Shown here: piece after piece, positions 21,043 to 30,080 of the stretch | How positions within the stretch are numbered: position 1 is the stretch's first letter | Layout: each line of letters opens with the position of its first letter | From: Candidatus Heimdallarchaeota archaeon | Lineage (GTDB): Archaea > Asgardarchaeota > Heimdallarchaeia > Heimdallarchaeales > Heimdallarchaeaceae | DNA: 64,000 bases | Reading direction: 5' to 3' | Assembly: GCA_019057815.1 (NCBI GenBank) | Contig: JAHLWR010000004.1 | Coordinates: forward strand, 1 to 64,000 | Program-made: the position numbers and the translations under genes | Notes under the pieces: generated by a model | What the model saw: only the letters and a program-made list of their open reading frames with translations | Told to the model about the DNA's origin: nothing | The model's database searches: none

Positions 21043-21915
21043 ATAAAAATCCTTGTATGAGTTGCACCTATTTTTGAAACTGAGGTGAAGTAAAAGAAAA
21101 AACCTAAAACTGTGGGTAACAAACCTAAAATACAGATTCCAATCCAAAAAAAGGTTTCAATGTTAACCAATGATGACCAATTATTTTCTATAGAAGCTGA
21201 AACACCAAAAAGAATCATGCCTACGAAAGTTGCACAAGCTGTAACTTCAAATGAAGAGACTTTTTTCATTACTGTTTTACCATAAGTTGTATAGAGACTC
21301 CAGAAAACAAATCCGATTAAAACAATAATATTTCCTATGAGATGTTCCTTGTTGTAAACAAAGATCTGTCTTATTCCTACAATAAAGATGACTCCGATAA
21401 AACTTAAAACAAGCCCACTATATTGCATTTCTTACTAAGACGCTCTTTGAGAAAAACAAATGCTATAATTGATATTAGAGCAGGTTGAATTCCAGCGATC
21501 ATAGCTCCTTGAGAAGCAGTAGTGAATTTCATCCCAGTAAGATAAAGCATTCCATAACCAAAGATTCCAATAATACCCAAAATACTAATATCTAGAAGAA
21601 ATCTACGGGTGTATTTTCGATTTTCTTTTTTCATTAAAACTAAAAATATTGGAACAAAAATACAACTAGCTATAAAAAAACGGAAAAATCCTATAGTGAT
21701 TGGAGAAGCTAATTCTACTAAAAGTTTTGAAATAGGCCAGCTTAATCCCCAGAAAGCCATCGCTATTGTTAATAAAATGTAGTATTTTGAATTTTCTAGC
21801 TTCATGGGATTATTCTTCCGTCTATTGTTAGTTGAAATAAGATTATTCAGTTTAAGCAATTTTTCATTATTTAGTTTAAATATCCTTTGCAAAAACTGTT
21901 ATTCAGAAGAATAAA

Positions 21916-22006
21916 TGGTGCACGCACCGGAATTCGAATCCGGGTCAGAGGCGTTCTCCTTTGTTACAAATGGGAGGCCTCGGTCCTACCACTAGACTAT
22001 GCATGC
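21916..22006 (-). tRNA. tRNA-Gly(CCC) with 17-nt intron at 37/38 and encoded CCA
   Basis: GCATGCA/TGCGTGC acceptor, GAGGC/GCCTC anticodon stem, CT-CCC-A, intron 21954-21970 forming a BHB (CTCC/GGAG), T arm CCGGA-TTCGAAT-TCCGG, ACCA end. Confidence 0.95.
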
Positions 22007-22174
22007 AGAAAACATATCTTATAAAAATCGTATGTTTAAAATTTTTTCTCTTATTGAACAATTCTATCACAATATTTGAATATAAGCTTCCAATAATGTT
22101 TATTGGGAATGATAGGAAGGCATTTGATCTAGCTTTTGCAATGAGATCAAGAAGCTTAGTTGACCCATATATAC

Positions 22175-23371
22175 TCATTTAATTTCTTCCATTATAGAGT
22201 TTAGAGTTCCTGTCAGTGTTTTAACTTCTTCTTCTGTATTGTAAAGGTGAGTCGATACTCTTACAATTGAGTTCTGATCAATATCTTTCATAAATAAATG
22301 AGAACATAAAGCTCCACTTCTGACTACAATGTTTTTCAAATCTTCTAGAATTATTGCTATGTCGTGAGGTTCTAAAATTTCGCAACTAAATGATACTATT
22401 GGTCCTTTTTCCACTCCATTTGTGTCTAATAATTTTATATGTGGAACGCTCTTGAGATTTTTTGTTAAAAGTTTTCTAAGCGATTGTTCATGTTTTTTGA
22501 TTTTCTCTAATCCAACTTCTGATAACAATTCTAAACTTTTAGCTAAACCAACTATTCCTGCTTGATTTAAAATACCTGGTTCATATTTATTTTTTAGAGT
22601 AAGATTATAGCCTTTTTCCTCTATAGAATTAATCGGTCCTCCTCCTACAATTACTGGATTGTAATTCTCCTCGATTCCATTCATGAGAATTTGAAAAGAT
22701 GTTCCTTGGGGACCTAAAGCTCCTATTGCACCACTTGATAAAATTATATCAGGGGAAATGGTAGAGAAATCTAAAGGTTCATGTCCTACAATAGTGCTAA
22801 TATCTAATATGAAAACAATATTTGAATCTTGACATACCTTGGCAATTTTTTGCCAATCCCTCTTTATTCCATTTCCTGTCGTTAAAGCTGAAAAAACTGC
22901 TATTCTGGTCTCATTGCAAATCTTTTCTTGGAGATTTGTTTCAAAATCCTGTTCATCCTTTAGATAGAGATAGTCTATTTCTGTGCCATTAAACTCTCTA
23001 CTTCGCATAATAGGTGCAAGAATTGAATGTTCTTCAATAGTACTAGTGATTATTTTGCCATTCTTGGGAAGATTAAGACCTAAAAGTGAATTGATAAGTA
23101 TGGTTTCTCTCGATGGCATGAATGAAATTTGTTTTTTTTCGATTTTGAAGAAGTTAGCTATTGAATTCCTTGATTCTTCAATGTGTTTAGCAGAGCACAA
23201 TGTAGGTTGATTAATTCCTTTGCCTACAGAACCTCCACAATATTTGTAAAAATCGTTCAATTTTTCTAGTGTAGCTACAGGTATTCTACCAATCGAAGCT
23301 GAATCGAAAAAAATTTCATCATGAGGGAAATAGAAATCGATTCCAAATCTGTTGGAAACTTTCATTCTCAT
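22175..23371 (-). CDS. SufS/CsdA-like class V aminotransferase homologue (PLP lysine apparently absent)
   Basis: FFDSAS, GGG, YEPG, VRSGALCSH, VRVSTHLYNTEEE; SGAIGALGPQG in place of SGHKxxGPxG. Confidence 0.8.
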   Translation of the reverse strand: MRMKVSNRFGIDFYFPHDEIFFDSASIGRIPVATLEKLNDFYKYCGGSVGKGINQPTLCSAKHIEESRNSIANFFKIEKKQISFMPSRETILINSLLGLNLPKNGKIITSTIEEHSILAPIMRSREFNGTEIDYLYLKDEQDFETNLQEKICNETRIAVFSALTTGNGIKRDWQKIAKVCQDSNIVFILDISTIVGHEPLDFSTISPDIILSSGAIGALGPQGTSFQILMNGIEENYNPVIVGGGPINSIEEKGYNLTLKNKYEPGILNQAGIVGLAKSLELLSEVGLEKIKKHEQSLRKLLTKNLKSVPHIKLLDTNGVEKGPIVSFSCEILEPHDIAIILEDLKNIVVRSGALCSHLFMKDIDQNSIVRVSTHLYNTEEEVKTLTGTLNSIMEEIK

Positions 23372-23445
23372 TTCTGGTGAATAGATTTACTTTAAAAACT
23401 TTCCAATCATCATTTTTTTAAAGAAGATAACATCGTTAAATAAGA

Positions 23446-23886
23446 ATGGTTATTCCAAATAGCATAAAAAAAGAAATTGTGACTACTATTAATACTCTTG
23501 ATACTCTTAAAAAAGAGCTTTCTCAGCTAAAAGATAGTGAAATCAACACACTTATCTGGCAAATTCGAGCTAATTTAGAACTTATATATATTGAACTAAA
23601 ATTCTCGTTGAAAAAAGAGATGTCAATCGAAAAATGGCAAACAGATTTCCTAGAAAAGTTAAAAGGGACAAGCTCAAGGAAAAAAGCTATAATTATACTT
23701 AATTCATTAAACTCAGATAGTACTTATTTCTCAAAATTGATATCTTCAAATAAAGAAAAGGGCTATAGAGAGCTTTGGGAGTTGAAAGAAATAATTTCTT
23801 CTATTTTTGCAGCTTTTCCTGCAGCTAGTTACAGTTTTAGAGATGGAGAAGTAACGCAAAAAAGAGAAGAAATATTTGATTTCTAG
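23446..23886 (+). CDS. Hypothetical helical protein
   Basis: Clean ORF with amphipathic helices; upstream of the ARPC4-like gene. Confidence 0.65.
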   Translation: MVIPNSIKKEIVTTINTLDTLKKELSQLKDSEINTLIWQIRANLELIYIELKFSLKKEMSIEKWQTDFLEKLKGTSSRKKAIIILNSLNSDSTYFSKLISSNKEKGYRELWELKEIISSIFAAFPAASYSFRDGEVTQKREEIFDF

Positions 23887-23940
23887 ACTAACAATGTTTT
23901 TTTAAAGCATTTTTACTTTACATAATTAGGATGTGAAAAA

Positions 23941-24429
23941 ATGATTTCTACTAATAAAGAGTTTAAATCTGACAAAGAAAAAATTAGGGAAGCTCTTAAG
24001 TTAGTAGATTTCATATGTCCTACGAGAAATTTCAATTATCCATGTGTTGTCTGTAAAGAATGTAGAGAAATGGATTTGAAGCAATATTTTCTTGAAAATG
24101 GTATAATTGAAAAAACGAAAAATTCAAGCCTTATCTCCATGGTTTTTGAACTTAAAGACCCTTTTGATGATATGCTATTGAAAAGACTTTCTAATTCTTT
24201 AGCTGAAGCGTCCAAAATAGTTCAGAAAGTACCTGAACCAGGTTTTACAATAACTTTTTTTATCTCTGATGCTTTGTTAGAACGCGTGGAGAATAAGCAA
24301 GATTTAGTCAATTTCATTGCAGATTTCAAACATACTTTTCTTACAGAAACCATATCTGCAAAAAGTGCAATCAATAAATGGGAAAGGTCAACAGTAAAAC
24401 GTTTAGTTTGGGATATGGGTATACGCTAA
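23941..24429 (+). CDS. Arp2/3 complex subunit 4 (ARPC4)-like protein
   Basis: IIEKTKNSSLIS, KVPEPGFTITFFIS, KQDLVNFIADF, AKSAINKWER are collinear with recalled ARPC4 blocks LIEGSINSVRVS, RKPVEGYDISFLIT, KHKLVDFVIHF, MKLSVNARAR; similar length. Confidence 0.8.
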   Translation: MISTNKEFKSDKEKIREALKLVDFICPTRNFNYPCVVCKECREMDLKQYFLENGIIEKTKNSSLISMVFELKDPFDDMLLKRLSNSLAEASKIVQKVPEPGFTITFFISDALLERVENKQDLVNFIADFKHTFLTETISAKSAINKWERSTVKRLVWDMGIR

Positions 24430-24434
24430 CCATA

Positions 24435-25619
24435 TCAAGAAACACTTTTCCAGTAAAGTCCAAGATCATCAGCATGTTTTCTTACATCAAACATTTCTAA
24501 TGTTGAAGGTCTCCTATTTATTTCAGGGTTTTCTCCCCGTAAAATCCGATAATCAGGATGGTATTGACCCATGATATTAGTTAAAGGTGTTTTAAGATTT
24601 TCATTAATCCAATCTAAAATAGGTATTGAACAGCATTTAGTGTGCTCTGGCATAACTAAATGTCTGATAATATATTCACCACTACCTCTTTGTTCAATAA
24701 ATGACATATTGCGTGAAATAGCATCCCAATAGTTAGACACTTTCGAATATTTTTTTGCACATTCATTATTGCTGTATTTTATATCTGGAAGCCATATATC
24801 AAAAATATCTGAAATAAGTTTCATACTATTTTCAGACAAGAACATATTGCTATTCCAGAGCATAGGGAGATTGACTTGGGCATGAAGTAAAGATTCAATA
24901 ATAACGTGCATATTTGGAGTGGGATCCCCTCCTACAAAGTTAATATTTCTTGCTCCCTGCTTTAAGAGCGTATAATACATCGATGCTAATTCTATAGATC
25001 TGACACTTTTTCCCTTAATTATATTAAAATCATATTCTTGGCTAATGTCCCAGTTTTGACAAAAGGAACACCGCATTGTGCAGCCATAAAAGAAAATCGT
25101 CCCACTCGGGCTTACAGGAGCTTCTTCTCCCATATGAATAAATGAACTTGTAACATACGCTTTGTCATCTATTTTACACTTACCCAATTGACTTGACTTG
25201 CGGTTAACACTGCATTTATTTTCACAAAAAGTACAGCTCTCAATCATTTTATCGAAAATAACCCATTTTAATAGCAGAAAGTTCAGTTTTTGAATTTCGT
25301 CCAATGAATGCTCGATAGAAACTTCTTTTTCTAGATCTTGAATTGTGTAAGATTGCTTTTGATTAGTCCATACCTTAAACTTTAGATGCGTCTGTTCATG
25401 TATTTCAAGAAGCTCCTCTAGATTTGAATCAGTCTGGAAAGAAACATAAAATAATCGAGCGAGTTTATATCTGGGGAGTTTATTTTCTTTAAATATTTCT
25501 TGATAAGTGTTTAGTCTATCTTTTAACTCGTGTTGTTGCCATACTGATTGAACATCACGTCGAAGAAAAGCACACATTGTAATGGTATACTCTTTCTGTT
25601 TGATATGTTTTTTGTTCAA
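24435..25619 (-). CDS. PflX-like radical SAM protein
   Basis: CTFCENKC, HMGEEAP, PSGTIFF, GCTMRCSFCQNWDIS, GGDPTP, RHLVMP, MGQYHP; start may be ~25577. Confidence 0.88.
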   Translation of the reverse strand: MNKKHIKQKEYTITMCAFLRRDVQSVWQQHELKDRLNTYQEIFKENKLPRYKLARLFYVSFQTDSNLEELLEIHEQTHLKFKVWTNQKQSYTIQDLEKEVSIEHSLDEIQKLNFLLLKWVIFDKMIESCTFCENKCSVNRKSSQLGKCKIDDKAYVTSSFIHMGEEAPVSPSGTIFFYGCTMRCSFCQNWDISQEYDFNIIKGKSVRSIELASMYYTLLKQGARNINFVGGDPTPNMHVIIESLLHAQVNLPMLWNSNMFLSENSMKLISDIFDIWLPDIKYSNNECAKKYSKVSNYWDAISRNMSFIEQRGSGEYIIRHLVMPEHTKCCSIPILDWINENLKTPLTNIMGQYHPDYRILRGENPEINRRPSTLEMFDVRKHADDLGLYWKSVS

Positions 25620-25723
25620 ATGACAAAATATATCGAGATTGAATCAAACAATAACAAAGATTCTTGATAGTTGCTTACTTAAAAAACTTTAATAATTACA
25701 GATTGAGGACTAAATAGGTTTAA

Positions 25724-26755
25724 ATGAATCAGTCTCTCCTACATGAAGCTGAATACTACGATGTTATAGACGAAGAAGAACAGATAGTTCAGTGTCATTT
25801 GTGTCCTTTTGAATGCCAATTAAAACCCGATGAGAAAGGGAAATGCTTAGGAAGGATTAATATTACTGGAAAGCTTTACTCTCTTACCTATGGTTATGCC
25901 ACAATGAAAATAGACTTAATTGAAAAACAACATGTTTTTCATTTCTTTCCAAATGCACGAGTTCAAACTTTTGCCACATATAACTGCAATCTAGACTGTA
26001 TTTTTTGCTCTTGTTCAGATCATGCTCACATTGACCCTGAACAAATAACTGGAAAAAAATACACTCCAGACCAAGTCGCTATGTTCGGGATTGCATCTGG
26101 TTCAAAAGTAATCTGTTTCGGAGATTCTGAGCCATTAATTGCTTTTGAATGGGTTAGAGATGCTGCTAAAGTTTCAAAAGAAAAAGGCTTGAAAGTTCTT
26201 CTAAGAACAAACGGTTTCTTTAATAAAGAACCGATGATGGAAATTCTAGATTATGTAGATGCTGTAATGATAGAAGTGAAAGCAATAGACACTGAAGGTT
26301 ACACAAGATTATGCAAAGGGGGAGATTTTGACCAAGTAGCAAAAACGATGAAACTTATACTTGAAAAAGAGATACACCTTGAAATTTCTATTATTTTACA
26401 TGAAAAGTTAGATAATGATGAAGCTACTGTTGGAGTTTTAGCTAATTTAATAAAAAAAGAGTTGACTCCAGAAATACCTCTTCATCTGGTAAGAATGCTT
26501 CCGGCATATAAAACAATGGATTTGGCTCCCACAAAGACAGAATTATTAGAAAAAGCATACGAAATGGCTAAAGAAGTTGGTCTGAAGTTCATTTATATTG
26601 ATAATGTACCAAATCATCAATACGCAAACACCTTCTGTCCTAGCTGTGGAGATGAGCTGATCGCAAGAACTGCCATGTCAACAGAAAAAAGACGCGTATC
26701 TCTTCAAGGTAGATGCAATAAATGTCAGACCCCAATATATATTGTCCTTTCATGA
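25724..26755 (+). CDS. Divergent AmmeMemoRadiSam-type radical SAM paralogue
   Basis: CHLCPFEC, IEKQHVFHF, CNLDCIFC, C-terminal CPSC/CNKC; collinear with 9681-10709. Confidence 0.82.
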   Translation: MNQSLLHEAEYYDVIDEEEQIVQCHLCPFECQLKPDEKGKCLGRINITGKLYSLTYGYATMKIDLIEKQHVFHFFPNARVQTFATYNCNLDCIFCSCSDHAHIDPEQITGKKYTPDQVAMFGIASGSKVICFGDSEPLIAFEWVRDAAKVSKEKGLKVLLRTNGFFNKEPMMEILDYVDAVMIEVKAIDTEGYTRLCKGGDFDQVAKTMKLILEKEIHLEISIILHEKLDNDEATVGVLANLIKKELTPEIPLHLVRMLPAYKTMDLAPTKTELLEKAYEMAKEVGLKFIYIDNVPNHQYANTFCPSCGDELIARTAMSTEKRRVSLQGRCNKCQTPIYIVLS

Positions 26756-26762
26756 ATGTCTT

Positions 26763-27083
26763 TTAAGCAATATTTTCTACTTTTATATCGATAATTGAAA
26801 TATTGAGCAGATTTTCCATCATTTCCTTTAATAAATCAAAATATTTGTTTAAATCTTCTTGACCATCTCTATAAGATATCCTGAATTTAAGATTTATCTC
26901 GATCCATTCAGGTGTATAATAATTGGTCTCTAGAAAGGTTTGTCTTTTTGGTTCTTTATCATTCATCTCTTCTTGGCAAAGATGCAGATAAACATCAAAC
27001 TCTCCTGTATCTTCATACTGATTCTCATCATTAGGTTGAGCGCTGATTCCACAATAATAAAAATAGTAACCTGTATTACTCAA
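26763..27083 (-). CDS. Hypothetical acidic protein
   Basis: TTG-start ORF preceded by GGTGAG RBS-like motif, downstream of lonB. Confidence 0.55.
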   Translation of the reverse strand: MSNTGYYFYYCGISAQPNDENQYEDTGEFDVYLHLCQEEMNDKEPKRQTFLETNYYTPEWIEINLKFRISYRDGQEDLNKYFDLLKEMMENLLNISIIDIKVENIA

Positions 27084-27122
27084 AAGAAACTCACCATAAT
27101 TTGATACATCTTTCTAGCAATC

Positions 27123-29039
27123 TTATTTATTTAAGATAGATTCTTCTTCTATTTCAGCGAATTTATCGGCAATGTGACCATATTCTTTAGGAAGTACTTC
27201 TCTTAAGACATCAGTAAAAGTTTTAACAGGAATTATCTCAATTTTGCCATCATATTTTTCTTCAATTTTGACATCATCAATATTTTGAAAAGGTATCAGC
27301 ACTCTTTTAATGCCTGCTTCAGCTGCGGCTTCTATTTTAGCAGTTACTCCTCCTACTGGGATGACTCTCCCTCGGACTGTCAGACTGCCAGACATAGCTG
27401 TGTCTTGCCTTACTGGTGCTTTTTCAAGCGCTGAGATAATCGAAGTGGCAATTGAAACCGAAGCAGAATCGCCTTCCACTCCTGCATAAGCACCAACGAA
27501 TTGAATATGATAGTCGAAATTTGAAATATCTGTACCTACAAATTTTTTAACTAATGCTGATATATTTTGAACTGCTTCTCTTGCAATTATCCTTAGCTGA
27601 CCAGTTGCAATAATTTTCCCTTCTTTTTGACTAAAAGCAGGAACCACTTCAGATTCGATGGGCATTACGATTCCTGAGCGTTGATTAATAACAGCTAAAC
27701 CATTCACTCTTCCAACTTTAGTTCCCTCTACTTCAATAATTTTATACATTTTCTTATCTCTAGCATAATTATCACTAATTTGATCTTCCAATGTTCTAGC
27801 GATAGTTTTAGCTAATCTTACTGTTTCAGCTGTAACAAGTTGTTCGTTTTTTTCCTTTCCTAAATCTCCAGCAGCTCTAATAAGACCTCCTAATTCTCGA
27901 AGTCGGAGAGTCAAATGACCTTTTCTATTCGCCCTGCGTTGAGATTCGTAGATAATTTCTTCAACTGCAGCTTTTGTAAAGTGAGGAATCTTCTTGTCTT
28001 TAGAAATTTCTTGAGCACAGAAACGAGCCAATTTTCTTCTATTTTCAGGTGAATCAGGCATGGTATCTTCCATGTATACTTCGTATCCAGAACCCTGAAT
28101 TCGCGATCGTAACGCTGGATGCATATTTCTTGTGGTTTCCATATTACCAGCAGCTATTAATACAAAATCACATGGCACTGCATCTGTTCTAACCATTGCT
28201 CCGCTACTTAGCTCTGATTGACCAGTGATTTGCAACTTACGTTCTTGCATAGCAGTGAGCATTTTCTGCTGTGTCCTCATTTCTAAAGTACCAATTTCGT
28301 CACAGTAAAGAACCCCCATGTGAGATTTATGAATTAAACCTGCTTCAACTCTTTCATGAGGAGGTGTTCCAAGACCCCCAGACTGGAATGGATCATGCCT
28401 TACATCACCTAATAAATTACCTGCATGTGAACCTGTAGCGTCGTTGAATGGTGCACGTGTTGTTTGATTGTTATCTACTAATAATTTAGGTACAAGCATT
28501 TCTGATCTTGATCTTTGTTGGTTTAACATAAAGAAAATGAAGAAACCTACAAACATAGCCATCAAAAGAGTTGTAGGTTGACTAGCAGGATTACCTGCGG
28601 TAGCTATGAGCGCATATCCTATGATAGCTAATAATATTACAATTGATATAATAAAACGCTTATTTCCGCTCTTTTTTGCTACTTCTCTATCCATTTCAAC
28701 TTTTCTAATTCCGTGACCAGCTGGAAGAGTAGCAATTCTTGGATTATTCGGATATTTAGGGTTAGGTAGGACTAAAGTGTCTACTAACACTTCTTTTGGT
28801 AATAGTTCTGCCATTGCGATTCCAAGCATACTTTTGCCTGTTCCTGGGTCTCCAATTAGAAGAACATGGCGTCTCTGCAAAGCAGCTTTTTTAATTATTT
28901 CTGTAGCATCATCTTGCCCAATAACTTGATCTATTAATCTTGGAGGAACTGATATCTCAGCAGTGTCGTTAAAATCAATATCGAGTAAAGGTTCTTTTTT
29001 GGCCTTCTTCTTGCTTTTCTTTTTAATGTTTCCAGCCAT
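27123..29039 (-). CDS. lonB: Membrane-bound ATP-dependent protease LonB
   Basis: DQVIGQ, GDPGTGKS, TM insert, HDPFQSGG, EGDSAS, PVGGVTAKIEAA. Confidence 0.96.
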   Translation of the reverse strand: MAGNIKKKSKKKAKKEPLLDIDFNDTAEISVPPRLIDQVIGQDDATEIIKKAALQRRHVLLIGDPGTGKSMLGIAMAELLPKEVLVDTLVLPNPKYPNNPRIATLPAGHGIRKVEMDREVAKKSGNKRFIISIVILLAIIGYALIATAGNPASQPTTLLMAMFVGFFIFFMLNQQRSRSEMLVPKLLVDNNQTTRAPFNDATGSHAGNLLGDVRHDPFQSGGLGTPPHERVEAGLIHKSHMGVLYCDEIGTLEMRTQQKMLTAMQERKLQITGQSELSSGAMVRTDAVPCDFVLIAAGNMETTRNMHPALRSRIQGSGYEVYMEDTMPDSPENRRKLARFCAQEISKDKKIPHFTKAAVEEIIYESQRRANRKGHLTLRLRELGGLIRAAGDLGKEKNEQLVTAETVRLAKTIARTLEDQISDNYARDKKMYKIIEVEGTKVGRVNGLAVINQRSGIVMPIESEVVPAFSQKEGKIIATGQLRIIAREAVQNISALVKKFVGTDISNFDYHIQFVGAYAGVEGDSASVSIATSIISALEKAPVRQDTAMSGSLTVRGRVIPVGGVTAKIEAAAEAGIKRVLIPFQNIDDVKIEEKYDGKIEIIPVKTFTDVLREVLPKEYGHIADKFAEIEEESILNK

Positions 29040-29189
29040 AGCTCTCACTACTAGAATAAGATATCCTCAATAACACTACAGCATAAAATGTTAATAAATA
29101 TAGTTATTCATCCGTTTTTGAATGTATTTATTTTACTAGTAAACTATATTTTTAAATTAATGAAGGAAAAATGTACTTGTGATATTGTA

Positions 29190-30080
29190 ATGAAAATCTT
29201 ACCCGGACCATCATCAATAAAGTTAGCAGAAAAAGTAGCTAACATAGTAAACATAGAGAGTATTGATATAATTCATAAGCTATTTTTCGATGGAGAGTCA
29301 TATATTCAGATTGACTCAGACGTTGAGAATGAAGAAATTATTATCATACAGTCCACTCATCCTCCCCAAGAAAAACATCTCCTTGAACTGTTATTACTAG
29401 GTTCTACATTAAAAGAACTGAACGCAGATAAAGTACATGCAATTGTCCCTTATTTGAGCTATTCAAGAGCAGATATACGACAATTAAGAGGGGAAATAAT
29501 TTCACATCAAATTACAGTTGACCTTATTCAAAAATCAGGTATTGATAGTCTATTCACAATCAATGTCCATAATAAATCTAAATTTCTTGAATTTACTCCT
29601 GAATTAGAGAAATACAATCTTAACATTTACCCTTATATTAGTGAATATATACAACAAAACTTGAATGGTGACTGGATTATATTAGGACCTGACCAAGGAG
29701 CGTCTGAAGATGTAAGAATCGTTGGCAATATTTTATCAGCACCTTTTTATTGGCTGGATAAGAAAAGAGATCCCATTTCACATGAGATAAGCATGGTTTG
29801 TAGTGGTTTTGACCTAAAAGAAAAAGATATAATCCTTGTGGATGATATCGTTAGTTCGGGAAGTACTGCTCTTAAAGCATGCCAGCTTATTCTAGAGCAA
29901 GAGCCTTCAAGTTTGAGATTTGTCTGTATTCATGATCTTTCCCGACCAGAATTCAAAGACAAGCTGAAGGAATTGGGAGTGAAAGAATTTATATCAACGA
30001 ACACTATTCCTGATACACAGAATTCAAAAATTGATATAGCACCCTTTCTGAGTAATTTTATAGAGGAAAAATTTGTATGA
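29190..30080 (+). CDS. prs: Ribose-phosphate pyrophosphokinase
   Basis: FFDGESY, PYLSYSRAD, GPDQGA, VDDIVSSGST; ATG at 29190. Confidence 0.9.
   Translation: MKILPGPSSIKLAEKVANIVNIESIDIIHKLFFDGESYIQIDSDVENEEIIIIQSTHPPQEKHLLELLLLGSTLKELNADKVHAIVPYLSYSRADIRQLRGEIISHQITVDLIQKSGIDSLFTINVHNKSKFLEFTPELEKYNLNIYPYISEYIQQNLNGDWIILGPDQGASEDVRIVGNILSAPFYWLDKKRDPISHEISMVCSGFDLKEKDIILVDDIVSSGSTALKACQLILEQEPSSLRFVCIHDLSRPEFKDKLKELGVKEFISTNTIPDTQNSKIDIAPFLSNFIEEKFV

Larger units (their letters stand above)
19446..21805 (-). pseudogene. EamA/DMT transporter, split by TnpB element 1 and frameshifted
   Basis: 5' part MKLENSK..FWGLSWP..LKERL; 1-nt frameshift near 21428; ...GATHTRIF joins across the element to INLVPVFGTIFSFLLIKGETIDW...TS* (19446-19620, absent from the ORF track). 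Confidence 0.9.

Noticed and set aside
21945-22182. ORFs 21945-22178 and 21961-22182
   Set aside because: They overlap the tRNA-Gly gene and its upstream region; no protein features
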